Shown: positions 1-10,106 of the stretch, in pieces | Position numbering within the stretch: the first letter of the stretch is position 1 | Layout of the letters: the number at the start of each line of letters is the position of its first letter | Source of the DNA: Bdellovibrionales bacterium | GTDB taxonomy: Bacteria > Bdellovibrionota > Bdellovibrionia > Bdellovibrionales > UBA1609 | Length of the DNA stretch: 64,000 bases | Direction: 5' to 3' | NCBI GenBank assembly: GCA_965219095.1 | Contig: CBDCMT010000001.1 | Location: 1,152,001 to 1,216,000 of the forward strand | Notes under the pieces: model-generated | What the model was told of the DNA's origin: nothing | Seen by the model: only the letters and a program-made list of their open reading frames with translations | Databases searched by the model: none | Made by a program: the position numbers and the translations under genes

Positions 1-10
1 TTCTTCTGTT

Positions 11-235
11 GTGTTTTTCTTAATTACAAATTTTGGCGTTTGGTTAACATATGATATGTACTCTAAAACTTTTTCTGGTTTGATGGCATGCTATGTAGTA
101 GCTTTACCGTTTTTCCATAATACTTTGTTAAGTTGCTTGTTTTACTCTTCTGTTTTGTTTTTTAGTTTTTCCTTTTTTAGACGAAAAGTTCTAATTTTAA
201 ACACTCAAAAGTCCCTACATTCATTAAATAATTGA
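11..235 (+). CDS. 3' part of a membrane protein (DUF6580-like putative transporter), cut by the window start
   Basis: Hydrophobic ORF with FFLITNFGVW...Y...GLMACY..ALPFF.NTL...LFYS; similar to 23499..24002. Confidence 0.55.
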   Translation: MFFLITNFGVWLTYDMYSKTFSGLMACYVVALPFFHNTLLSCLFYSSVLFFSFSFFRRKVLILNTQKSLHSLNN

Positions 236-254
236 TAATATTTCTTACAAACAA

Positions 255-1295
255 TATAGTGCTTCCGCTTAGGTTTTCAGTTTTTTTTGAGTTGAGGTCT
301 AGTTTTTATTCTAAGGCCTTGATAAAAAATCATTTATTTTTAAAAATAGTTTCATATGTCAGGGTTTCTATCAAAAAAAGAGCGAAAAGATTTACTCTAT
401 GAACTATCTCTAGAGAAAAATCTTAAATACGTAAAAAGGATTATGACAATTCTCCATTTAGATAAAGGTGAGTTGTGTAAAGATATTTCCCGTTTTCTTT
501 TCATTGATGAGGGCACGATAAGAGCCTGTAGAAATCGTTATAACAAAGGCGGGATAGAGTGTTTAATCAACGACAATTACAATCCTAAAAGGTCCTTTTT
601 AACTAAGAAAGAGGAGAAAATGCTTTTAAAGGAATTAGAGAAAAGAATTTTTCCATCATCACAGGCCCTTATTCAGTTCATTGAGGAGAATTTTGGTGTT
701 ACGTACTTTAACAAGTGGTGTAATTGATCTTCTCCATCGCCTTGGTTTTTCTTATAAAAAAGCCACAGCGATACCGAGTAAGGTAAAGAAAGAAAAGCAG
801 GAAAAGTTTGTGCGTAAATACAAGAGAATTAAGAAGAAAGACGGTCCTGTTTACTTTGCTGATTCCACACATCCTGAGTGGGGCCCTACGATTTCATATG
901 GTTGGATAAGAGAGGGTAAGAAGTTTGAAGTGAAGACCAATTCAGGCTGGAGAAAAAGAGTGAATGTTTGTGAAGCTATTGAGATCAATAGTTTGAAGAC
1001 GATAGTCAGGAGTTATAAGACAGTTAACGAAGTTTTTCTATGTGATATGCTCTATCATATTCATTAAGAAGTATTCCGATGAAAAAGAGATTCATCTTAT
1101 CTTAGATGGGGCCGGATACAATAGATCGAAGTCTGTCAAGAAGTTAGCAAAAGAGTTGAATATAAAACTTGTTTATCTTCCTCCGTACTCACCGAATTTA
1201 AATCCTATAGAAAGGCTTTGGAAGTTTATGAAAAAAGAGGTCACGGCGAATCGATATTATGAAAACTATGACGATTTCAAGGGAAGTTTAAGTCA
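255..1295 (+). mobile_element. IS630-family element type A, frameshifted and 3'-truncated
   Basis: Left end TATAGTGCTTCCGCTTAGG at 255; ORFs 356-727, 681-1067, 1042-1299 give HTH, YFADSTH, ILDGAGYN and LPPYSPNLNPIERLW motifs. Confidence 0.9.
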
Positions 1296-1435
1296 ATAAA
1301 AAATGGAAAGGAAATGCAGGAAGTTTTTTCTTAGGTGATTAGAATATTCGTGACCGTATGCAAAAAAAAATTTTTATATTTTTTGTAAATGGAGAAGTGT
1401 TTTTTCTTGACATACTTTTTGATAGATACTCTAAA
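1291..1435 (+). mobile_element. Isolated right-end fragment of the IS110 element
   Basis: Near-identical to 19705-19849; fused to the IS630-A 3' end at an AGTCA microhomology. Confidence 0.9.
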
Positions 1436-1436
1436 G

Positions 1437-1897
1437 TGTAATAGTCGCAACTTAATCTGACACGTCTCGAAATGTCAAAGAGATGAAAAGAGGTTACCCT
1501 TTTAAATAAACAATACCACCCCAAAGGGTGGAGAAAGGATAACAAAAATGACATATCAAGAAAGAATTATAAAATCAAAAGTAGGTCTTTTGCAATTAGC
1601 AGAAGAGTTAGGCAATGTATCTCAAGCTTGTAAGGTGATGGGCTTTTCAAGAGATACATTTTATCGTTACAAGACACTCAAAGAGGAAGGAGGTTTAGAA
1701 TCATTAAGAGAGCAAAGTCGTAGAAAGCCTAATTTAAAAAACAGAGTTGATCAAACGACAGAAGAGGCTTGTTTAAGGATCGCTATAGAACTTCCTGCCT
1801 ATGGACAGTTGAGAGCGTCCAATGAGTTAAGGAAAAAAGGAATTTTTATTTCTCCTGCAGGAGTTAGAGGGGTCTGGCTGAGAAATAATTTAGAGAC
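1437..1897 (+). mobile_element. IS481-family element, 5' part only
   Basis: Starts TGTAATAGTCG; ORF from 1548 reads IIKSKVGLLQLAEELGNVSQACKVMGFSRDTFYRY; cut at 1897. Confidence 0.9.
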
Positions 1898-1941
1898 TGA
1901 TCTTCCCCCAAAAAAGTGGACAGTTTTTTGGGGGAAGATCA
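1898..1941. repeat. 44-bp hairpin of two fused IS3-like terminal inverted repeats
   Basis: TGATCTTCCCCCAAAAAA-GTGGACAG-TTTTTTGGGGGAAGATCA; perfect 18-bp arms with TG...CA ends. Confidence 0.7.
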
Positions 1942-2529
1942 CCACTCATACCTTTAGGAAATTGACCTTTATTTCTAGCTCCACATGAGGGACAATCCTT
2001 AACTTCAGAAGTTACAGTATGGGTTTGAATTTCATAAAAAATATCAATCTTTTTACGCTTTTCAAGGCTTTTTACCTCTGCTGTCTTTAAACACATCCCA
2101 CACTGAGAACACTCTGAGGGAGAGACAGTCTCCTCACTGTTTGTATCTTTACTGTTATAAAGTCTAGAGCCCCTTTTTCTGACTCCCACTAGCTTTCTTA
2201 TTACGATTCCCTTGACGACTAAAATCTTGCGAAGGAGGAAGACCGCTGTTGCTGGAATTTTTTCGAACCTGTTTTTCTAAAAGCACAACAATCAGAATGT
2301 TCACAACCTTAAAGAGAGATTCAAAAACCACAGAAATCTCAGTAGGCACAGAACCTTTCTTTGCAAGCTTATCAAAGTCACTTCTTATATTTTCAATCTC
2401 ATTTCTGATGGAGGTCTTATTTATTGTCATTTGAAAAGAGTATTTAAAAGAAAATCTGTAAGAGCAAGACTTTTATCTTAAAACAGGTCTAAAGTTAGGG
2501 ATAACTGAACAATGTAGGTGAGCAGTTAC
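1942..2529 (-). mobile_element. IS66-family element, 5' fragment
   Basis: Reverse complement of about 5609-6197, including the GTAACTGCTCAC end; frameshifted. Confidence 0.92.
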
Positions 2530-2662
2530 TAATTTTCTCCCTTTTAAGGATTTAAACCTTTTCTTTAAGCTTTAAAAAAAAAAAAATATTTTTGTAACTG
2601 CTTGAAATAATTAGCTTTTTTCATCATGGATGTCTTCTTGCAGTAAAAAGGAGGAGGTAAAT

Positions 2663-2828
2663 ATGAAAAAATTATTTTTTACGATGGCAATTTTCCTGAG
2701 CGGAATTACAGCGATGGCTGAATGCGATCATACCCCCTAGAAAGTATCATTTAGAAGATAACACAAATTCTGATTCTAATCAGAATGATCGCAGAGTTCA
2801 GCCTAAATCTTCTGAAGGACGGCAATAA
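2663..2828 (+). pseudogene. Small secreted peptide gene, apparently frameshifted at a C5 run
   Basis: AGGAGGAGGT RBS; signal peptide MKKLFFTMAIFLSGITAMA; stop at 2740, but removing one C extends it to TAA 2828, just before a palindrome. Confidence 0.55.
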
Positions 2829-2832
2829 TTGA

Positions 2833-2876
2833 AACTCTGAAAAAATTTAAAAATATTTTTAAATTTTTTCAGAGTT
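2833..2876. terminator. Perfect 44-bp palindrome between convergent genes (probable terminator)
   Basis: AACTCTGAAAAAATTTAAAAAT|ATTTTTAAATTTTTTCAGAGTT. Confidence 0.6.
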
Positions 2877-2933
2877 CGGGGATTAATGAGTTAAGAAGGC
2901 GTAAAAAGAAGTAGAAAAGAAAGAAGTTAATTT

Positions 2934-3224
2934 TCAAAGCTCTTTAGGCTTTTCATCCTTATCTTTTTCGAGTTTGTCTTTATAGGATTCTTTTTTTCTA
3001 TTAAGCTTTATTTTTTCCATAAGCTTTTCTGCTGAAAGGTTTTTAGATGCATATTCCCATAAGATTTTCAAGTTAATTTCTTGAAAGATAGAAGTGAGGG
3101 GAGATTTGTGAATCCAAGACCACAGCCTTTCTTCAAAGGTTTTCTTGCCCCATGAAATCTGCATAAAGATTACAAAGGCAATTGTCAGTACAAAACTTTT
3201 CAGTACAAGTACAAAAGAAGACAT
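2934..3224 (-). CDS. Hypothetical protein with N-terminal membrane anchor
   Basis: 96 aa; hydrophobic N-terminus, charged C-terminus. Confidence 0.65.
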   Translation of the reverse strand: MSSFVLVLKSFVLTIAFVIFMQISWGKKTFEERLWSWIHKSPLTSIFQEINLKILWEYASKNLSAEKLMEKIKLNRKKESYKDKLEKDKDEKPKEL

Positions 3225-3278
3225 GCTAATATATTATAAGAAAGAAAAGGAGAAAAAAAAACTCTTTTTATAGTAATT

Positions 3279-3929
3279 ATGGAAAAAATCCTTTCAAAGC
3301 TACTTGCCTTTGGTGCTAATTTAGTAGGATTTAAGGCTTACGGCTTTATTATTTTAATTTTGATAATTTGTGGATTAGGAGTCCCTATACCTGAAGACAT
3401 TACTTTGATTTTAGCAGGTTTTCTTGCAAGTCAAGGTAATATTAGTCTTTCAGGAGCCTTTGTTGTAGGTTTTGTGGGTGTCCTCATTGGGGATACATTT
3501 TTATTTTTTTTAGGACGAAAGTTTGGTTACAGAGTTTTTAGACTTAAGTTGATAAAAGGGATTTTTAGTGAAAAAAGACTTCAAAAGGCTAAAAATAGGA
3601 TCCATAGAAATTCTAAGTTCATTTGTTTTACAGCGAGGTTTTTACCAGGACTTCGTGCCTCTATTTATCTTGTATCAGGAGCTATGAAAGTTTCACCCTT
3701 TGTTTTTTTATTTCTAGATGGTTTCGCAGCTCTTATTAGTGTTCCTATTTGGGTGTACCTAGGTTGGTATTTAGGAACAGAGATTGATTTTGAAAATTTA
3801 TTTGAAAGTGAAGCATTCCAGCAGATTAAAGACATTCAATTCTACTTTTTTGCAGGCATAGTCTTTATTATTACTATTTATGTCGGTCGATCTTTTTATA
3901 AAAATTATAAAGCTAAAAGAGATCAATAA
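3279..3929 (+). CDS. dedA: DedA family membrane protein
   Basis: GLGVPIPEDITLILAG, GD..LFFLGR and ARFLPGLR motifs. Confidence 0.92.
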   Translation: MEKILSKLLAFGANLVGFKAYGFIILILIICGLGVPIPEDITLILAGFLASQGNISLSGAFVVGFVGVLIGDTFLFFLGRKFGYRVFRLKLIKGIFSEKRLQKAKNRIHRNSKFICFTARFLPGLRASIYLVSGAMKVSPFVFLFLDGFAALISVPIWVYLGWYLGTEIDFENLFESEAFQQIKDIQFYFFAGIVFIITIYVGRSFYKNYKAKRDQ

Positions 3930-4067
3930 GTTTTTCCTTATAATCCTACATTCACTTTCCGTATGGCAGACTGTGAGAGTATAAAAATTTGCCTTCTCAA
4001 AAGAATCTGTGAATTTCCGGTGTTTCTGTCAGTTTTCCAAGGTTGTGATATAAGGCGTTTTTAGAGC

Positions 4068-4100
4068 TAAATTGTGTAACTGATTTTTTCATTTCAAATT
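4068..4100 (+). repeat. Dispersed IS-end-like repeat TAAATTGTGTAA(C/T)TGATTTT
   Basis: Also near 19941-19967(-), 44697-44740(+), 56305-56330(-), 58630-58660(+), 59238-59262(-). Confidence 0.75.
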
Positions 4101-4178
4101 TTATCTCAGTTCCATTGTTCTGTTGTTAATTCCTATCTTCTTAGCTATCCTTGACCCCCCTTTCTTAGGCTAAAGTTA

Positions 4179-4435
4179 TACCATTTCCAAAAATTAATTC
4201 GACATTCTTTTAACGTATAGTGCTCTGGCTTTTTGATCAAACTCTGTTAAATTTTTAGAGTGTCAAAAAAAGATTTAGTTACAAAGCTTCAAGGGTATGA
4301 TTTTATAGCTACTTACAAAGTGGAAAGAAGTGTCAACATCAAGACAAAGCTCCAAGCTCTGCACCATATGCAAGAAGGAAAATCGATTCAAGAAACAGCT
4401 AGGTATGGTTTTGTATCATCGTCACAGTATCAAAT
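4179..4435 (+). mobile_element. IS630-family type B, 5' fragment
   Basis: Same end (TACCATTTCCAAAAATTAATTCGAC) and N-terminus (SKKDLVT..QGYDF) as the 57459 and 60427 copies. Confidence 0.9.
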
Positions 4436-4437
4436 TA

Positions 4438-4488
4438 AAACTCAAGAACAGAGGCTTCTGAACAATATATAAAAGTCAAAACTAGGGT
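4438..4488 (+). mobile_element. IS982-family right-end remnant
   Basis: Matches about 40444-40493 (...AAAAGTCAAAACT(A/C)GGGT). Confidence 0.8.
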
Positions 4489-4535
4489 AATAGGAGCCTG
4501 TAATAATTACAGGCTCTTCTACAAGCTCTCTATTC

Positions 4536-4968
4536 TTATGGTTTGGGCTCACAAGTAATCTGTTCTCTATAAACTTTTATTAATGTTTCATTTAAAGTAT
4601 TTAAAACATAAACCTTCTTATCCCAAGAACCTACGACAATTTTATTATCATTCATTATAGCAGGAAAGGAATAAACCAAGCCACCTGTTTTAAAAGAAGC
4701 TACTTTAAATAATTCATTACCTGAAAGCTCTAAAACATAAACCTTGAAATCATCAGAGCCTATGACAATTTTATCATCATCCATTATAGCAGGAGAGGAA
4801 CGAACCAAGCCATCTGTTCTAAAAGAAGCTACTTTAACTAACTTCTTACCCCTAAGCTCTAAAGCATAAACATTTTCATCATCAGAACCTATGACAATTG
4901 TTCCATTATTCATTATGGCAGGAGAGGAGCGAACCGCATCACCTGTTCTAAAAGAAGCTACTTTAACT
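4536..4968 (-). pseudogene. 3' remnant of a PQQ-like beta-propeller repeat protein
   Basis: About three 40-aa (120-bp) repeats VASFKTGGLV.SSPAIM.D.KIVIGSDD..VY.L; 5' part replaced by an IS66 end at 4969. Confidence 0.8.
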
Positions 4969-4986
4969 GTAACTGCTTACTCTCGT
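4969..4986 (-). mobile_element. IS66 right-end remnant
   Basis: GTAACTGCTTACTCTCGT is the reverse complement of 7124-7141 with one mismatch. Confidence 0.75.
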
Positions 4987-5043
4987 CACCACAGGCACAC
5001 AGTAGTGATAGGTTATAAAAGAGTGGTTGGGTTGGGTGTCTTC

Positions 5044-5337
5044 TCATTTCTCCAAGCCTTTCTTCTTTTTTTCTTTAGCATTGTAAACTTGAAGAAAAAT
5101 TTGCTTGTTTTGAAGTTTATCAATAAGAAGAGCTTGACCTCTTTTTAAAGACTTAAAAACATCAAAATCCACTTTCATCTTTTTGGTGTTAAAAAGTGAA
5201 CCTAAGCCTGTTTTTATAGCACTTCCTTGAAGAATTTGGCTTTGAGCTTTTAGGATTGCAAGGTCTTGAGATTCTCCTTCTATCTTCATAAGAAGCCTTA
5301 AATTCTTTTTTTGTTTTTTATACTGTTTAAATTTCAT
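5044..5337 (-). pseudogene. Possible C-terminal remnant of a TraD/VirD4-like coupling protein
   Basis: KTGLGSLF...VDFDVFKSLKRGQALLI resembles coupling-protein C-termini (recalled motif only). Confidence 0.35.
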
Positions 5338-5608
5338 GTCTATATGATCTTGATTTGAAGGTGTTTTGCGTTTTTGAGTTCAAAAACATGTTCATCAGTG
5401 ATAAGAGAAATGGATTTTTGAACAAAGTTTTTTGGGTTTATTTTCTTAGCATAAGAGCTTTGATTAGCTTTTTTAAAAAGATCTTTTGTTTTTAAAAAAG
5501 TACGTTTTTCAAGAATAAGACGTGCTACTTTCTTCTTAACTTTTATGCCTTCTCTTTTTGTGTCTTTATTTAATTTATTTCTTTTCATAAATAAACCTTT
5601 CTTTTTTA

Positions 5609-7141
5609 GTAACTGCTCACCTACATTGTTCAGTTATCCTTAACTTTAGACCTGTTTTAAGATAAAAGTCTTGCTCTTACAGATTTTCTTTTAAATACTT
5701 TTTTCAAATGACAATAAATAAGACCTCCATCAGAAATGAGATTGAAAATATAAGAAGTGACTTTGATAAGTTTGCAAAGAAAGGTTCTGTGCCTACTGAG
5801 ATTTCTGTGATTGTTGAATCTCTCTTTAAGGTTGTGAACATTCTGATTGTTGTGCTTTTAGAAAAACAGGTTCGAAAAAATTCCAGCAACAGCGGTCTTC
5901 CTCCTTCGCAAGATTTTAGTCGTCAAGGGAATCGTAATAAGAAAGCTAGTGGGAGTCAAAAAAAGGGCTCTAGACTTGATAACAGTAAAGATACAAACAG
6001 TGAGGAGACTGTCTCTCCCTCAGAGTGTTCTCAGTGTGGGATGTTTTTAAAGACAGCAGAGGTAAAAAGCCTTGAGAAGCGTAAAAAGATTGATATTTTT
6101 TATGAAATTCAAACCCATACTGTAACTTCTGAGGTTAAGGATTGTCCCTCATGTGGAGCTAGAAATAAAGGTCAATTCCCTAAAGGTATGAGTGGTCCTC
6201 TTCAGTATGGTATAGGCATTAGAGCTTCCATCATCAATTTCATTATAGTTCAGATGCTGTCTTTTAGAGCGTGTTGGGGAACATTACATGGGGCTTATAG
6301 GTCGAATGATTTCTCCTGCAGTTATGTTGAGATACATTGCTGAATTAGGAGAGTTTCTTAAAAGTTGGGAAGAGCAGATGAAAGAAAAGATACTTGAATC
6401 AGAGGTCATTCATGTTGATGAGACCTCTATGAGGGTTAAGGGTAAAAACTACTGGATTCATACTTATAGTTCAGGAGAATTAGTCTTGCAGTTTCTCCAC
6501 CTTTCAGGTGGAAGGGAAGCCATAAAAGATATTGGTCTCTTGGATAGATATGCAGGAGTGCTTGTGCATGATTGTTGGAGTCCTTACTTTTGTTATGATA
6601 AGATAACTCATGCTTTGTGTGTGGCTCACCTTTTGAGAGAGCTTAAATTTATAGAAGAAAGCAATGGATTCAAATGGGCTACAAATCTCAAAAAACTTCT
6701 TAAAGAGACTGTGGAGCTAGTTCATAAAAAAGAGTCAAGAGTTCTGACTCAAAAAGAGTACGAAACTCTTCAGAGAAGGTATAGGAGTATTCTTACAAAA
6801 GGCTTAAAAGAGCTTCCAGAATTTCCTAAGAAAAATGGCAAGAAAGGACGAATAAAGCATACACAAGCTCAAAACCTTTGGCTGCGATTTAAAAAGTATG
6901 AAGCAGAAATACTGTGTTTTGCTAAAAGAAAGAACGTAGATCCTACTAATAACAGAGCTGAAAGAGATCTAAGAATGACTAAGGTGAAAAAGAAAGTGTC
7001 AGGGTGTTTCAGAACAGAAGAAATGGCGAAATATTTTTGTCGTATTACCAGCTATGTTAAAACAATGAGAAATAGAGGGTATTCTTCTTTAGAAGCCATC
7101 TCTATGGCTTTAAATAAAAACTTACGAGAGTGAGCAGTTAC
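5609..7141 (+). mobile_element. Full-length single-ORF IS66-family element, transposase frameshifted near 6270
   Basis: IRs GTAACTGCTCAC/GTGAGCAGTTAC; 8-bp target duplication CTTTTTTA; NSSNSGLPPS, Zn finger, HVDETS and TNNRAERDLR motifs. Confidence 0.95.
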
Positions 7142-8085
7142 CTTTTTTATTCTTTTAATTTCTAACTTAAGTGATAGTTTTTTATTTTTTTTCACCCTTT
7201 AGCTTAAGAGTTTTTAAAAAAGCTGAAATAGGGGTCAGGCAGGTTTTTTAAATTTGCAAGAGATAGCTAGAAAATAAATAATTTCAATAAGTTATAATGC
7301 TTAAAAATATTTTTTCACTGTGGAGTTTTCATCATCAATTCATCACTTGTTTTTACTCCCTTTTTTGTTTTTTAAAAGAGTCTTTTTCTTTTTTTTAAAA
7401 ACTACAATCTCTCTTCTCTAAAATGGGCTAAGCTCATTAAATTTTTATCCATGAAATCCTCAAACAGGCTATAAAAATCTTAGAAGGGCTATTAAAAAAA
7501 AAAGACTTTTTTCTTCATCCATTAAGCTATTTCTTCTTCTTTTTTTAAAAAAAATGTATAAAACAGCTAAATTTCAGGCTTTGAAAGTAGCTTTTTAAAG
7601 CTCTTTGAAGCCGATTTTTTGACCTGTAGCTACATAGGATTTGAACCCTGTAAAAACTCTTTTTTATCTTTTAGAGATATAACATTTTCTGTCTATGGCC
7701 TCCTTTTCTTTTATGAAGCGTTGGCATGGGTATTCTTTTTTCTTATTTCTTCGAACAAATAGAGCTTATCTTGACCGGACATGGAAAATTTCCCCCTCAC
7801 TATAGGGGAGGTGCTAACCCCCATGGGGGTTAGATTCCTTCTAAGTAATTGAATTTCTTGGTTTTTTTGTTTTTTAGCTTCTGAACTGGAAATGTTTAAT
7901 TTTTTAGAAATCTTTCGTTCTGTCAAGTCTCATAGAGGGCCATTTGAATCACACTTTTTTTTTACTTGAAAGTAACTGAGAGTAGATTTTTTTAAGAAGC
8001 TGACCTAAAAATTCATCTTTATAAAGCTGCTTTTGGATTTTCTTTTTGCTACTCCTTAAACCTCATCTCGATACGATCCTGATTA

Positions 8086-9647
8086 GTCGAACGTGAAAAA
8101 TTGACAAAAGCCTAGGATTTTTATGCTGTATGATCTTTATTCCTGTTACTTTCTACTATAGAGGGTTAAATATTTTTTCATAACTTAAACAAAACAGTAG
8201 TTTTCAAGAAGGCGTACAGGCCTTTTAAGCCATTTCAGTGAAAAAAACGAAAAAAGACGCACCTCTAGCATTAACTTTCTAAAATTTTGAGAAACTCCTG
8301 ATAAAAGACTATTAATAGCATCCCCTTGTGATCCTAATAAAAAGTTCCTTCCCATACGAGAATCTATTTTCATATGACCAATGATTGCCTCAACTGAACT
8401 TCTTCTTCTGTGAAGTTTTCTTTTGTAGGGACTTAATGTTTTACTCATTCCCCCAATATGAACATTAACTCCCGAAGGATGATGCTCTTTGCCACGATAA
8501 CCTTTATCTACATACAAATTTTTTGCCTTAACCTTTGTTAAGGATTCAACTTGAGATAAGGCTGGCTTTAAACTGTGAACATCTGATACATTTTTTTCAA
8601 ATGACTTTACCCCTAAAACCCAGCAATTTTTTGATGAAGTTGCCACACTCACCTTATTGCCAAATTCATATTTTTTATGGGCTTTGCCCTTCCCTATGCA
8701 ATAAACCTCAGGAGCATGAACACTATACACCTTGTTCTTATCCCCTCTTTTTTGGTTATAAATTCTTACACATAAAGATAAACATCTTTTTAAAGATGTA
8801 TTCTCTTCCAAGAACTTAGGACCTCCTTTTCTTGTAACATCTCTTATCACACGACCTAGATAAGTATGAAGCTTTCTTTGCTGTTTTCTTGCTAAACGTA
8901 TTTTTCTTGTATGAGCATAACGAGCATTCTTAAACAAACACTCCTTGGCCTTTCTTTTATAGCTTTGACGTAAAACTAAACCCTCTTTTTTAGCCCTGTG
9001 AACTAAAGTCTTTAAAGCTTTGTAATAAAGACGGCTGTCTGTAGGAAAAGCTATTGCTTTCTCTTGAACAGTTGTATCAACAACTACATTCTCAAACTCT
9101 TTTTTTTTTACAAAATCCTCTCTCAAAGCTAAATCAATGGTTTCCTCTAAGAGAACTTCTATCTTCTCAGCCCCCATCCTCTTTCTCCAGTTAGTCAATG
9201 AACTTCTATCACAGGGATCTTCATAAGAATAAAAAGGCTGACCACAAAAATACTGCCATTGAGGACTCTCTTTGAACATTTCTATTGTCTTCTCGTCACT
9301 TAAATTATAAATGTATTTCAAGCACTGAAGTCCCACCATTAAACGAGTTGAAAGACCTGGACGACCTTTTTTTTCATCATACTTCGAACCAAAATCTTTA
9401 TCAAAACGATCCCAGTCTATTTTATTAGCTAAAATGACAAGCGGATGCTTCTTATGAACAATGTCGTTTACTCTAAAATTAAGAGGGCTTCTCTTTTGTG
9501 TGCTGAACATGTCTTTTGGCCTCATCTTTTTTCCTTTCTGTTTTGCAAGGTTTTTTATCTGTTTTTCCACTTCCTTGCAATTATTTTTATGCAAAAATTA
9601 CAAAAAAACAAGTGTTTTTAGCTGTTTGTGCATTTTTCACGTTCGAC
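8086..9647 (-). mobile_element. Intact IS5-family element (transposase 8185..9594, probable start 9525)
   Basis: IRs GTCGAACGTGAAAAAT; 6-bp duplication TGATTA; VVDTTVQEKAIAFPTD, KYEFGNK, VDKGYRG and RRRSSVEAIIGHMK motifs. Confidence 0.95.
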
Positions 9648-9723
9648 TGATTAGAAAGTGTTTCATCTCTTAAGCTCAAATAAATGATTCTCTGTTTTAA
9701 GAGAAAGGGCTTTTTTGAAAATA

Positions 9724-9764
9724 TCTTTGGCTTTAAATAAAAACTTACGAGAGTGAGCAGTTAC
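9724..9764 (+). mobile_element. IS66 right-end remnant
   Basis: Near-identical to the last 40 bp of 5609-7141. Confidence 0.85.
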
Positions 9765-10106
9765 AAAATAAAATTATGAAAAAGAATGTAATAACTACAG
9801 AGCGTAGTGGATTTTATATAAGGAAACTCTCCTTCTTCCATAATGAATCAAAAAAGGGAAGTTCTAGAAAGTTACTGAAGGTGTTCCTAAATCTATTTTA
9901 CAAAATTCCAAGGCATAAAAGGCTAACCAACCCATACATGATCAAACAGTAGCATATAATAATTACACTCTTTACTTAAATCACAATTTTTGCTAATACA
10001 TTATACACTGAATCGTAACTTCAAAAACCCTCTTTTTATCTAAGCTATAAAAATAGGCTTTTAAAGCACAATTAGTATAGTAAAAATCATATGAAAGGAA
10101 AGGATT

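Noticed and set aside
1339..1554. 71-aa minus-strand ORF
   Set aside because: Spans the IS110-end/IS481 junction; a chance chimeric frame.
4969..9764. Composite transposon bounded by two IS66 right ends
   Set aside because: Flanks (CTTTAACT and AAAATAAA) show no 8-bp duplication, unlike the complete IS66.
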